DNA from: Euglena gracilis
Taxonomy: Eukaryota
DNA: 64,000 nucleotides
Direction of reading: 5' to 3'
NCBI GenBank assembly: GCA_039621445.1
Contig: CP154954.1
Coordinates: 992,001 to 1,056,000, forward strand
The position numbers and the translations under genes were made by a program. This document shows positions 36,802 to 48,696 of this stretch, piece after piece (within the stretch, counting starts at the first letter, position 1; every line of letters starts with the position of its first letter). Below the pieces are notes generated by a model that saw only the letters and a list, made by a program, of their open reading frames with translations, was not told the origin of the DNA and searched no databases.

Positions 36802-36880
36802 TCCTTCGTGGTGAAATGGTAAACACGTGTGATTCAAAATCACATGCATAAGCTTGCCGGTTCGAGTCCGGTCGAAGGTA
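36802..36880 (+). tRNA. trnL: tRNA-Leu(CAA) (inverted copy)
   Basis: Same sequence as 18108-18186. Confidence 0.92.
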
Positions 36881-38737
36881 AAACTCTCGAAATAAAAAAC
36901 GTTAATAAAAAAGTTGCAATATATATCTAGATTAAAATCAACGTCTTTTATTTTGAAAAATGTTAAATTTATAACAAAATTTGAATAATGGAAAGTACCC
37001 AAAACGTGATGTCGTAGATTGAAATCTTACAAAACAATAGTTGATATTGATTTTTTGTTTTTTACATAATTATGTAAAAATTTTATTATTAGTTAAAATA
37101 ATAATATAGACTTTGAAAAATTATGAAACTAAAAAGAAAAAGTAAAATGTGAACTAGATTTACTTCTTAAAGACAAACTTATAGGTTTAAGCAAAAAACA
37201 TTAGAAAAGCTAATTTTGAATTTTAAATTACTATTTATGGATAAAAGGAAATTAAATTAATTCAAAATTTTGATTTTTAAAATGAATCTAATTTCAAATC
37301 ATAAATTCTCTTGCAAAGTAATAATTTTAATGACTTGGATTACTTTTGAAACGAACATGATTCACATTGTTTTCAAAATTTTTATTGTTTACTATATTGA
37401 TGAGTATTGATGAGTTAACAAGATAAAACTATCTGGGTGTATAAAAAATATCATAGAATAATAATTGAATAAAAATAAAATATTCTAAAACATATAATTT
37501 TCTGGAATTTACAAACTTTATTACAAAAAAGTGTACAACAGAATTATATATATACAAAAATTTATTTTTAAAAATATATAAATTATAACACTTTTAAAAT
37601 TTTAATAGCTTCTTGAAAAATTTTAGTGACAGTAAAAAATAATAAAAACGCGTTTAATACATAATAACTACTATAAAGTATTTATATAGATTATTTTAAA
37701 TCTTAAATAATCTATTATTATTACCTATTTTTGAAATAATATTAGTATAAATATACATATTTAGTAATAAACTATTATCACAAATAGTGTAATCATTGTC
37801 ATTTTCGTAAAATTTTAATTTCCAGCAACAAGCAAAATTTTGTTTAACAAAGCTTTTTGCCGATTAAACTAATACAAATAATTTACCCACATTTTTGATA
37901 TAAAGAAGTATTACAAGAAGTACAGATGAATAAATCAAAAGTAGTTACAAAATATTATTAATATTTAATACCTTACAATTAATTTTTAGTATTGTATTTA
38001 TTCATAAAAAATGAGATCGAACTTTTAGAGTACAATCATTTAGTCTACCATAATTATATATTAAGTAACTTGAATATGACGTTTCAGAAGAATAATAGCA
38101 TAAGTGATTACAGGAATAATAATAATAAGTAAGATAATCTATCATCACGAATAATAATCTAACATTGAATAAGAACAAGAATAATAGAAATTGAGAAAAA
38201 CTCTATATATATATCTAGACATTTCTGTTTGTTTCTAAGTAAAATCCTACGAAACATACAATTTTATATTACATTAAATATGTAACTCATGTAAAAATAT
38301 TGTTAGCTCTAAACATCTTCTATTTTTTCATTATATCATTTTTCTGAAAAACCTATCTCTGATAATGAACTGTAATAATTAACTAACACTTATAAACTTT
38401 GTTTATCTTGAAATCTTAAACCTTAAAATATTATCTTGGAAAGTAAACATCTTTTATCTGGCAGAAATAACCAACCAGTTCTTCCATCCGGACTTGACGT
38501 ATGGATGGATTATGGATGGATACAACCTGATTGAGCAATAGAATCGAATCTAAGCATTTCCTCGGCAATGGGTTCACTTCCTTTTTACCCTTTAAGAAAT
38601 TACGTATGCATTAGCCACACACATAGCTAAATAGAAAGCAGTTTGTGTGGTTCTTTGGATTACAATAAACGTTACGGAATTTAACCATAAAGTACTTAAT
38701 AATTAATAAATCAGGGTTAATAATCAATAAAAAACCA

Positions 38738-38842
38738 TAAGGCGTAGGTCTCCAAAACCTGATGTAGTAGGTTCGAATCCTACAAAGCGCGCTTTTAGTG
38801 TACACATTATAGTAAATGTGCCCCTTGCTTGGTCACCAAGGG
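38738..38842 (+). pseudogene. trnW: pseudo-trnW plus rRNA leader fragment (inverted copy)
   Basis: Reverse complement of 16146-16250. Confidence 0.82.
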
Positions 38843-38876
38843 GACTGATGTAGAAAATATTCAGTAAAGACCATTT

Positions 38877-40080
38877 AAGTACATTGGTATATATAGTATA
38901 TATATTATATAAGTACATTAATATATATAAGTACATTGGTATATATAGTATATATAATATATATAAGTACATTAATATATATAAGTACATTGGTATATAT
39001 AGTATATATAATATATATAAGTACATTAATATATATAAGTACATTGGTATATATAGTATATATAATATATATAAGTACATTAATATATATAAGTACATTG
39101 GTATATATAGTATATATAATATATATAAGTACATTAATATATATAAGTACATTGGTATATATAGTATATAATATATATAAGTACATTAATATATATAAGT
39201 ACATTGGTATATATAGTATATATATATATATATATATATAAGTACCTTGGTATATAGTATATATAGTACATTTATCTAAGTACATTGGTATATATAGTAT
39301 ATATATATATAAGTACATTATATATATAAGTACATTGGTATATATAGTATATATAATATATATAAGTACATTAATATATATAAGTACATTGGTATATATA
39401 GTATATCTATATATATAAGTACATTAATATATATAAGTACATTGGTATATATAGTATATATAATATATATAAGTACATTAATATATATAAGTACATTGGT
39501 ATATAGTATATATTATATATATACTTAATATATATGTACATTGGTATATATAGTATATATATATATAAGTACATTATATATATAAGTACATTGGTATATA
39601 TAGTATATATATATAAGTACATTAATATATATACATTGGTATATATAGTATATATATATATATAAGTACATTAATATATATAAGTACATTGGTATATATA
39701 GTATATATAATATATATAAGTACATTAATATATATAAGTACATTGGTATATATAGTATATATATATATAAGTACATTAATATATAAGTACATTGGTATAT
39801 ATAGTATATATAATATATATAAGTACATTAATATATAAGTACATTGGTATATAGTATATATAATATATATAAGTACATTAATATATAAGTACATTGGTAT
39901 ATATTATATATAATATATATAAGTACATTAATATATATAGTACATTGGTATATATAGTATATATCTATATATTTTTTTTATTATTGGTATATTAGTATTT
40001 AATTATATAAGTACATTATTATTTTTTATATTTATCATTATATATAGTACATTTTATATTATTGGTATATAGTTTCTATA
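38877..40080 (-). repeat. 54-nt VNTR (inverted, error-rich copy)
   Basis: aagtacattggtatatatag and aagtacattaatatatat units, with indels accumulating to the right. Confidence 0.92.
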
Positions 40081-40565
40081 TTCTACCCTTGATTCTTGGG
40101 TTTTTTGCAAAATTACTTCGGGAATTTTTTGCATTTAACCTACAATGCAATTAAAATATAGTTATTGATATATATTCAATGATCTATTTTTTTTTTTTTT
40201 TTTTTTTAGTTTGATTAAGAATTATTATTTTTTTATTTTTTATGACACATTCATAGAAATAGGTAAAGAAAATTAAAAGCAAAAAAAACGATTTCTTATA
40301 TTCATTTTATGATTTTTACGATGTATTTCTTTAGAAATTTTGTTTTTTTACACTCTTTTATGAACTATATAATTAAAGTAAAATCTATTTTAATTAATCG
40401 ATATTCGTTGGCTACCTGCAATGCAATTTTATTGTATTTTTTTCAAACAAATTATTATAAAATTTATTTGTTAGTTAATACTAGTTTATCTTTTTACAAT
40501 TTAATTTTTTTCCTTAGGAATTTTCTAAGGATAGTAAAAAAAAAAACGATCCAAAAGTTTTTCTT

Positions 40566-41453
40566 TTGGCTTTATTGATAATTTCGAAAAATTATATCCA
40601 ATATGCGCTTTACTGTAATTTTTTGTTTCAAGTTGGTAACAGAACATTAAAAGTAATCAAGTCCGTTGAAATTTCTAAAAATGAAATTTTGAAAAACGAC
40701 CCTTCGTTGAAGGCTTTGGAGTTTTGGAAAAAAATTAAAATATTTTATAGTAAGAATTTTATTTCCAAAATTGCCGTAATTATGGTAATTAGTTTTTCTG
40801 GTTATTGCGCATTTAATTTTGCATTTAAATTTTTTGGTGTACTTAAAGAATCTTCAAAAATCTTGGCTTCTTTTTTCTCTTTTAATCATGATCAAAAAAA
40901 TGATAATTCTGAAGACAATCGTTCCGAAGATGATTTAAAGTCAAGTCAAGACCCAGTAAATATTCCTTCTATCGAACAAAGTTTCAAAGTTGAAGATTTT
41001 TCAATTTTCAATCCTGATTTTTGGTCAACTGATTTTGATAAAATTTTATTGGAAGAGGGTTATGACCTAGAGGGTTCATTAAGCACTTTATGGTTAACTC
41101 CAAGAACATTTATTGTGATGAAAAGGATCGTGCAAACTGGTTTCTATTTAAGTATGTGTGTAGCTAATGCATATGCAATTGCTGAAACCGTAAAAAGAGG
41201 TCAGCCGGTTAGCAATGATATGTTACAATTTAATCCGACTTTGCAAACAGGATTTGTCTACCCATACGGGCAGTCAATGTCAGCACCCGGTCAAATACCT
41301 GGGGGGAATTTGGGCCGAACGTTTGTTCCTGAAGAAAAAATGTTTACTTCACAAGATCTAGCAGTTTCATCCAACTGTAATGTGGGGGATGGATTTGTTG
41401 AGGTTATAGAAATCCCATTTAATTATTATAAGGATGCATTACCCCCCGAGTAA
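40566..41453 (+). CDS. hypothetical protein, 295 aa (orf295-like), one hydrophobic segment
   Basis: Long ORF with elevated GC and a TTG start; no recognisable family. Confidence 0.65.
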   Translation: MALLIISKNYIQYALYCNFLFQVGNRTLKVIKSVEISKNEILKNDPSLKALEFWKKIKIFYSKNFISKIAVIMVISFSGYCAFNFAFKFFGVLKESSKILASFFSFNHDQKNDNSEDNRSEDDLKSSQDPVNIPSIEQSFKVEDFSIFNPDFWSTDFDKILLEEGYDLEGSLSTLWLTPRTFIVMKRIVQTGFYLSMCVANAYAIAETVKRGQPVSNDMLQFNPTLQTGFVYPYGQSMSAPGQIPGGNLGRTFVPEEKMFTSQDLAVSSNCNVGDGFVEVIEIPFNYYKDALPPE

Positions 41454-41787
41454 TATTCCTTTCTATTTTCGATTTCAAAGAAAAATATCAATATATTAAA
41501 TTTTTTATGTATTAAATAACTTGATACATAATTATTAGTAGTCACTACGTTTTTTATACGTAATATTATTTCTTTAACACATGGTTTTTTATATAAAAAT
41601 AGGTCAATTTTTTTTTATTATTTTTTTTAGAAAAAAAAAAATGCTTTGTAGACTATGTGGTAACTACATTTCAGTATCGTAATTAGTACGACAGCTCGAA
41701 TTTGGGTTTTGCAATTTTTTTTTTTCATTTTTTTTTTTTTTTTTTGCAAATAGGGGGGGTTGTTCTAAAATTCGGTGATTTTATTTA

Positions 41788-41892
41788 TGGGAGATTTTTA
41801 TGCATTCAATAGTGCCGGGTAAAAATTGGCATGTTTTTATTAAGACAGGATTCGGTAGTTTTGAGGATTTTAACTTATTATTCATCAAAAAA
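41788..41892 (+). pseudogene. degenerate copy of the orf350 N-terminus
   Basis: atgggagatttt..atgcattcaatagtgccgggtaaaaattggcatgtttttattaagacaggattcggtagttttgaggattttaacttattattcatcaaaaa encodes ...VPGKNWHVFIKTGFGSFEDFNLLFIKK, with a frameshift after MGDF. Confidence 0.8.
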
Positions 41893-42359
41893 AGCAATTT
41901 CTTACATTTTATTTATGATTTTTAGGATGTATTTATTCAGAAAATTTATTTTTTTCTTTAAGCAAAACTGTGTTATTTTTTTTGCTTATATATTTTTCCT
42001 TGATTCCAGAGTTCTTGCAATTTACTTCGGGATTTTTTAAAATTTAACCTACAACGAAATTGTAGTTAAGATATATTTTAATGATCTATTTTTTTATATT
42101 TTTTAAAAAGTTGTTATTTGTTATTATTTTTTTTTTCAATTAAGATTTTTATATTTTTCACACTCATTTTTTTTTAAAAAAATTATTATTATAGAAAAAA
42201 AATCCTTAATTGGTAACGTTGTGATTATGTTACTTCATCGTAGTGGGTCGCAAGTTCGAATTGAAGGTTTGCAAATTTTTTTTTTCATTTTTTTTTTTTT
42301 TTTGCATAATGGAGATATGGAAGTTTGAGGTTTTCAAAAAATGATTTATTTTTTTATTT

Positions 42360-43415
42360 ATGGGAGATTTTATTATGTATTCAATGGTTCCAGGAAAAAA
42401 CTGGCATGTTTTTATTAAAACAGGGTTCGGTAGTTTTGAGGATTTTAACTTATTATTCATCAAAAAGTGGAAAGAGTTAATTAATTATAACTCTATTTCT
42501 TTTATTATTTATGGTTTTGATTTGTCTGAAAATAATTTAAACAACTTTTGTGAAGTGACTATAGAGGTCTATATAGAATTTAATAAAAATTACCGAAGGC
42601 ATGGTCTTAAAAAATTATTTTCTTTTGAAAAAAATTCTGTTATTGTAGAAAAGGGATCGAGTAGTAAAACTTCACTTGATAATTTTTTTTCTAAAACAGG
42701 GAATAAAAACATTGAAGTTTGTTGGTCAGGTGTTCCAAGGTTTGAAAATGGTTTAAAAAATTCTTTAAGTTTTGATTTTGTTATTAAAAATAATTTATTA
42801 AGTCGTGCGCGAAAAGATCATTGTTTTCCTTCGTTTTTTTCTAAATTGATTTCCAATTCCTCAGAAAATTATTTAAAAGTGAAAGAAAAAATAACAGAAG
42901 AGAAAAAGGAATTAGAAATAAATGATTCTAATAATTTTTTACACGATCATTTTAATGTTTTGAAAGCTAATGATCAATTTTTAAACATCATTGAAAAATA
43001 TATAATAGAGTACAAAAATTTGTTTTTTTTAACGAGTAAAAACGATGCAATAAAACTTCGTTCTATGTTGTTGAAGTATATATCTGAAGTCGCAGTATTA
43101 GAAAATAGTATCTCAAATTCTAATATTTCTAATATTTTTTTATTTAAGCAAGCTTCTAAGTTTTATAAACATAATTCTTTAAAAAACGATAATTATAAAA
43201 ACTGGGATTTTAACTGGATTTTTGTGGAAATGCTTCTTATTTTTTTTCTAGAAAAAGCAAAAAATAAAAAAATTGATAAATTTGAATTATATACTTTAGT
43301 GAACAAAGAAATTTATGGTGAAGAACAGTTAGATATAATGGTTAAAAACTTTAGAAAAAGAGCTTGTGAAAATGTCGATTTACGGCAGATTCGGTCTTCA
43401 TTGCCTTGTTTTTGA
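42360..43415 (+). CDS. hypothetical protein, 351 aa (orf350-like); N-terminus resembles a degenerate HUH Rep endonuclease domain
   Basis: Long ATG-initiated ORF; motif spacing described in the findings. The product call is inference. Confidence 0.72.
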   Translation: MGDFIMYSMVPGKNWHVFIKTGFGSFEDFNLLFIKKWKELINYNSISFIIYGFDLSENNLNNFCEVTIEVYIEFNKNYRRHGLKKLFSFEKNSVIVEKGSSSKTSLDNFFSKTGNKNIEVCWSGVPRFENGLKNSLSFDFVIKNNLLSRARKDHCFPSFFSKLISNSSENYLKVKEKITEEKKELEINDSNNFLHDHFNVLKANDQFLNIIEKYIIEYKNLFFLTSKNDAIKLRSMLLKYISEVAVLENSISNSNISNIFLFKQASKFYKHNSLKNDNYKNWDFNWIFVEMLLIFFLEKAKNKKIDKFELYTLVNKEIYGEEQLDIMVKNFRKRACENVDLRQIRSSLPCF

Positions 43416-43554
43416 TTTTTATATAGGGAGAAAAGTATAAAAAAAAAAGAAGAAAAAAATTTAAATAATACAAAAATCAATTTAACAGTAAAAAAAATTT
43501 ATAAAAAATATTGTTCTTATAAAGCACAATATGATGAAAAAAACCTGGACCAAA

Positions 43555-43959
43555 AATTTAGTTGAAAGAAATGGAATCATGCTTCCGATTGTGGAGATCT
43601 TCCTTCTTCCCCTCTTTGGGGTTTGGTAGCAGGGACAAGGGGATAGTGAAACGATAGGAGAAGGAGATATTGTTCGTAAAGCGTGGCAAACAAAAGCGAC
43701 TGAATAAAATAAGTATGGCATTGGAAAATGTGATTAGTCTATCATCTTATTATTCTACAAATTGGACATGATAAAAAAGCATCTTTTAAATTAAGTTCAT
43801 AGACACTATATTTCACATTTTCCAATCGATTTTTTGACACGCTGGTAATTAAAATCGTCTACGGGATTTTGAACGCTTAGAAAATATTTCTACTTCTACT
43901 ACGTTTACAAATATGCCCATTTTCAAGGATAAAAAAAAAAGCTGGGGGCAACGAAAGTG
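43555..43959. other. fold-back junction 2 (noisy, centre ~43743-43798)
   Basis: attggaaaatgtgattagtctat (43720) pairs imperfectly with atagacactatatttcacattttccaat (43799); the flanks are clean inverted arms. Confidence 0.82.
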
Positions 43960-44098
43960 TTTGGTCCAGGTTTTTTTCATCATATTGTGCTTTATAAGAA
44001 CAATATTTTTTATAAATTTTTTTTACTGTTAAATTGATTTTTGTATTATTTAAATTTTTTTCTTCTTTTTTTGTCATACTTTTCTCCCTATATAAAAA

Positions 44099-45155
44099 TC
44101 AAAAACAAGGCAATGAAGACCGAATCTGCCGTAAATCGACATTTTCACAAGCTCTTTTTCTAAAGTTTTTAACCATTATATCTAACTGTTCTTCACCATA
44201 AATTTCTTTGTTCACTAAAGTATATAATTCAAATTTATCAATTTTTTTTATTTTTTGCTTTTTCTAGAAAAAAAATAAGAAGCATTTCCACAAAAATCCA
44301 GTTAAAATCCCAGTTTTTATAATTATCGTTTTTTAAAGAATTATGTTTATAAAACTTAGAAGCTTGCTTAAATAAAAAAATATTAGAAATATTAGAATTT
44401 GAGATACTATTTTCTAATACTGCGACTTCAGATATATACTTCAACAACATAGAACGAAGTTTTATTGCATCGTTTTTACTCGTTAAAAAAAACAAATTTT
44501 TGTACTCTATTATATATTTTTCAATGATGTTTAAAAATTGATCATTAGCTTTCAAAACATTAAAATGATCGTGTAAAAAATTATTAGAATCATTTATTTC
44601 TAATTCCTTTTTCTCTTCTGTTATTTTTTCTTTCACTTTTAAATAATTTTCTGAGGAATTGGAAATCAATTTAGAAAAAAACGAAGGAAAACAATGATCT
44701 TTTCGCGCACGACTTAATAAATTATTTTTAATAACAAAATCAAAACTTAAAGAATTTTTTAAACCATTTTCAAACCTTGGAACACCTGACCAACAAACTT
44801 CAATGTTTTTATTCCCTGTTTTAGAAAAAAAATTATCAAGTGAAGTTTTACTACTCGATCCCTTTTCTACAATAACAGAATTTTTTTCAAAAGAAAATAA
44901 TTTTTTAAGACCATGCCTTCGGTAATTTTTATTAAATTCTATATAGACCTCTATAGTCACTTCACAAAAGTTGTTTAAATTATTTTCAGACAAATCAAAA
45001 CCATAAATAATAAAAGAAATAGAGTTATAATTAATTAACTCTTTCCACTTTTTGATGAATAATAAGTTAAAATCCTCAAAACTACCGAACCCTGTTTTAA
45101 TAAAAACATGCCAGTTTTTTCCTGGAACCATTGAATACATAATAAAATCTCCCAT
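44099..45155 (-). CDS. orf350-like, second copy; apparent stop at 305 aa caused by one extra base in a homopolymer at ~44245
   Basis: Identical translation to 42360-43415 up to LEKAKNKK. Confidence 0.7.
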
Positions 45156-46048
45156 AAATAAAAAAATAAATCATTTTTTGAAAACCTCAAACTTCCATAT
45201 CTCCATTATGCAAAAAAAAAAAAAAAATGAAAAAAAAAATTTGCAAACCTTCAATTCGAACTTGCGACCCACTACGATGAAGTAACATAATCACAACGTT
45301 ACCAATTAAGGATTTTTTTTCTATAATAATAATTTTTTTAAAAAAAAATGAGTGTGAAAAATATAAAAATCTTAATTGAAAAAAAAAATAATAACAAATA
45401 ACAACTTTTTAAAAAATATAAAAAAATAGATCATTAAAATATATCTTAACTACAATTTCGTTGTAGGTTAAATTTTAAAAAATCCCGAAGTAAATTGCAA
45501 GAACTCTGGAATCAAGGAAAAATATATAAGCAAAAAAAATAACACAGTTTTGCTTAAAGAAAAAAATAAATTTTCTGAATAAATACATCCTAAAAATCAT
45601 AAATAAAATGTAAGAAATTGCTTTTTTTGATGAATAATAAGTTAAAATCCTCAAAACTACCGAATCCTGTCTTAATAAAAACATGCCAATTTTTACCCGG
45701 CACTATTGAATGCATAAAAATCTCCCATAAATAAAATCACCGAATTTTAGAACAACCCCCCCCTATTTGCAAAAAAAAAAAAAAAAATGAAAAAAAAAAT
45801 TGCAAAACCCAAATTCGAGCTGTCGTACTAATTACGATACTGAAATGTAGTTACCACATAGTCTACAAAGCATTTTTTTTTTTCTAAAAAAATAATAAAA
45901 AAAATTGACCTATTTTTATATAAAAAACCATGTGTTAAGGAAATAATATTACGTATAAAAAACGTAGTGACTACTAATAATTATGTATCAAGTTATTTAA
46001 TACATAAAAATTTAATATATTGATATTTTTCTTTGAAATCGAAAATAG
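45137..46048. repeat. ~912-bp direct repeat, copy 1 (upstream region and first codons of orf350)
   Basis: Near-identical to 46405-47318 (offset ~1269). Confidence 0.92.
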
Positions 46049-46075
46049 TATGTATTGACATCAGAGGTAATTTTT

Positions 46076-46423
46076 TTACTCCTCCGTTTTTTGCATTTCT
46101 ATAATAGTATTATCTGTGTATAAGTTACGCGGTAACTCAACTCCTTTTTCCTCAAGAAATTTTTCAATAAACTCATAAAATTGCTTTTCTCTTTGCTTAG
46201 AATCATATTCATATGATTCGCCATACTGTTTTCTGCGACGTTTTTCAGCAATTTCGTTTCTCAGAACAACATCTTCCCAACTAAAAAGTTGATCATTAGG
46301 TTTTTTTTCATTAAAAATAGGATAATCATTTCTTTCTAATTCCTTTTTATCTTCCATTAATTTTTGATAATCCCTTTCGGGAACCATTGAGCACATAAAA
46401 TAAAACATAATAAAATCTCCCAT
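46076..46423 (-). CDS. hypothetical protein, 115 aa, partial paralogue of orf350
   Basis: MGDFIM...SMVP start and an EDKKELERND segment match orf350 MGDFIMYSMVP and EEKKELEIND; charged C-terminus. Confidence 0.55.
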   Translation of the reverse strand: MGDFIMFYFMCSMVPERDYQKLMEDKKELERNDYPIFNEKKPNDQLFSWEDVVLRNEIAEKRRRKQYGESYEYDSKQREKQFYEFIEKFLEEKGVELPRNLYTDNTIIEMQKTEE

Positions 46424-47318
46424 AAATAAAAAAATAAATCATTTTTTGAAAACCTCAAACTCCCATATCTCCATTATGCAAAAAAAAAAAAAAAATGAAA
46501 AAAAAAATTGCAAACCTTCAATTCGAACTTGCGACCCACTACGATGAAGTAACATAATCACAACGTTACCAATTAAGGATTTTTTTTTTCTATAATAATA
46601 ATTTTTTTTAAAAAAAATGAGTGTGAAAAATATAAAAATCTTAATTGAAAAAAAAAATAATAACAAATAACAACTTTTTAAAAAATATAAAAAAATAGAT
46701 CATTAAAATATATCTTAACTACAATTTCGTTGTAGGTTAAATTTTAAAAAATCCCGAAGTAAATTGCAAGAACTCTGGAATCAAGGAAAAATATATAAGC
46801 AAAAAAAATAACACAGTTTTGCTTAAAGAAAAAAATAAATTTTCTGAATAAATACATCCTAAAAATCATAAATAAAATGTAAGAAATTGCTTTTTTTGAT
46901 GAATAATAAGTTAAAATCCTCAAAACTACCGAATCCTGTCTTAATAAAAACATGCCAATTTTTACCCGGCACTATTGAATGCATAAAAATCTCCCATAAA
47001 TAAAATCACCGAATTTTAGAACAACCCCCCCTATTTGCAAAAAAAAAAAAAAAATGAAAAAAAAAAATTGCAAAACCCAAATTCGAGCTGTCGTACTAAT
47101 TACGATACTGAAATGTAGTTACCACATAGTCTACAAAGCATTTTTTTTTTTCTAAAAAAAATAATAAAAAAAATTGACCTATTTTTATATAAAAAACCAT
47201 GTGTTAAAGAAATAATATTACGTATAAAAAACGTAGTGACTACTAATAATTATGTATCAAGTTATTTAATACATAAAAAATTTAATATATTGATATTTTT
47301 CTTTGAAATCGAAAATAG
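46405..47318. repeat. ~914-bp direct repeat, copy 2
   Basis: Near-identical to 45137-46048. Confidence 0.92.
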
Positions 47319-47327
47319 AAAGGAATA

Positions 47328-48212
47328 TTACTCGGGGGGTAATGCATCCTTATAATAATTAAATGGGATTTCTATAACCTCAACAAATCCATCCCCCACA
47401 TTACAGTTGGATGAAACTGCTAGATCTTGTGAAGTAAACATTTTTTCTTCAGGAACAAACGTTCGGCCCAAATTCCCCCCAGGTATTTGACCGGGTGCTG
47501 ACATTGACTGCCCGTATGGGTAGACAAATCCTGTTTGCAAAGTCGGATTAAATTGTAACATATCATTGCTAACCGGCTGACCTCTTTTTACGGTTTCAGC
47601 AATTGCATATGCATTAGCTACACACATACTTAAATAGAAACCAGTTTGCACGATCCTTTTCATCACAATAAATGTTCTTGGAGTTAACCATAAAGTGCTT
47701 AATGAACCCTCTAGGTCATAACCCTCTTCCAATAAAATTTTATCAAAATCAGTTGACCAAAAATCAGGATTGAAAATTGAAAAATCTTCAACTTTGAAAC
47801 TTTGTTCGATAGAAGGAATATTTACTGGGTCTTGACTTGACTTTAAATCATCTTCGGAACGATTGTCTTCAGAATTATCATTTTTTTGATCATGATTAAA
47901 AGAGAAAAAAGAAGCCAAGATTTTTGAAGATTCTTTAAGTACACCAGCCAAAAATGCAAAATTAAATGCGCAATAACCAGAAAAACTAATTACCATAATT
48001 ACGGCAATTTTGGAAATAAAATTCTTACTATAAAATATTTTAATTTTTTTCCAAAACTCCAAAGCCTTCAACGAAGGGTCGTTTTTCAAAATTTCATTTT
48101 TAGAAATTTCAACGGACTTGATTACTTTTAATGTTCTGTTACCAACTTGAAACAAAAAATTACAGTAAAGCGCATATTGGATATAATTTTTCGAAATTAT
48201 CAATAAAGCCAA
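47328..48212 (-). CDS. orf295-like, second copy (294 aa)
   Basis: Differs from 40566-41453 only at FAFLAG versus FAFKFFG. Confidence 0.65.
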   Translation of the reverse strand: MALLIISKNYIQYALYCNFLFQVGNRTLKVIKSVEISKNEILKNDPSLKALEFWKKIKIFYSKNFISKIAVIMVISFSGYCAFNFAFLAGVLKESSKILASFFSFNHDQKNDNSEDNRSEDDLKSSQDPVNIPSIEQSFKVEDFSIFNPDFWSTDFDKILLEEGYDLEGSLSTLWLTPRTFIVMKRIVQTGFYLSMCVANAYAIAETVKRGQPVSNDMLQFNPTLQTGFVYPYGQSMSAPGQIPGGNLGRTFVPEEKMFTSQDLAVSSNCNVGDGFVEVIEIPFNYYKDALPPE

Positions 48213-48696
48213 AAGAAAAACTTTTGGATCGTTTTTTTTTTTTTACTATCCTTAGAAAATTCCTAAGGAAAAAAATTAAATTGTAAAAAGATAAACTAGT
48301 ATTAACTAACAAATAAATTTTATAATAATTTGTTTGAAAAAAATACAATAAAATTGCATTGCAGGTAGCCAACGAATATCGATTAATTAAAATAGATTTT
48401 ACTTTAATTATATAGTTCATAAAAGAGTGTAAAAAAACAAAATTTCTAAAGAAATACATCGTAAAAATCATAAAATGAATATAAGAAATCGTTTTTTTTG
48501 CTTTTAATTTTCTTTACCTATTTCTATGAATGTGTCATAAAAAATAAAAAAATAATAATTCTTAATCAAACTAAAAAAAATACAAAAAAAAAATAGATCA
48601 TTGAATATATATCAATAACTATATTTTAATTGCATTGTAGGTTAAATGCAAAAAATTCCCGAAGTAATTTTGCAAAAAACCCAAGAATCAAGGGTT

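Noticed and set aside
45944-45952. TAATATTAC geminivirus-type nick-site nonamer near the Rep-like ORF (also at 47213)
   Set aside because: No flanking stem, and the same 9-mer occurs in a psbD intron (~34330), so it is expected by chance at this AT content.
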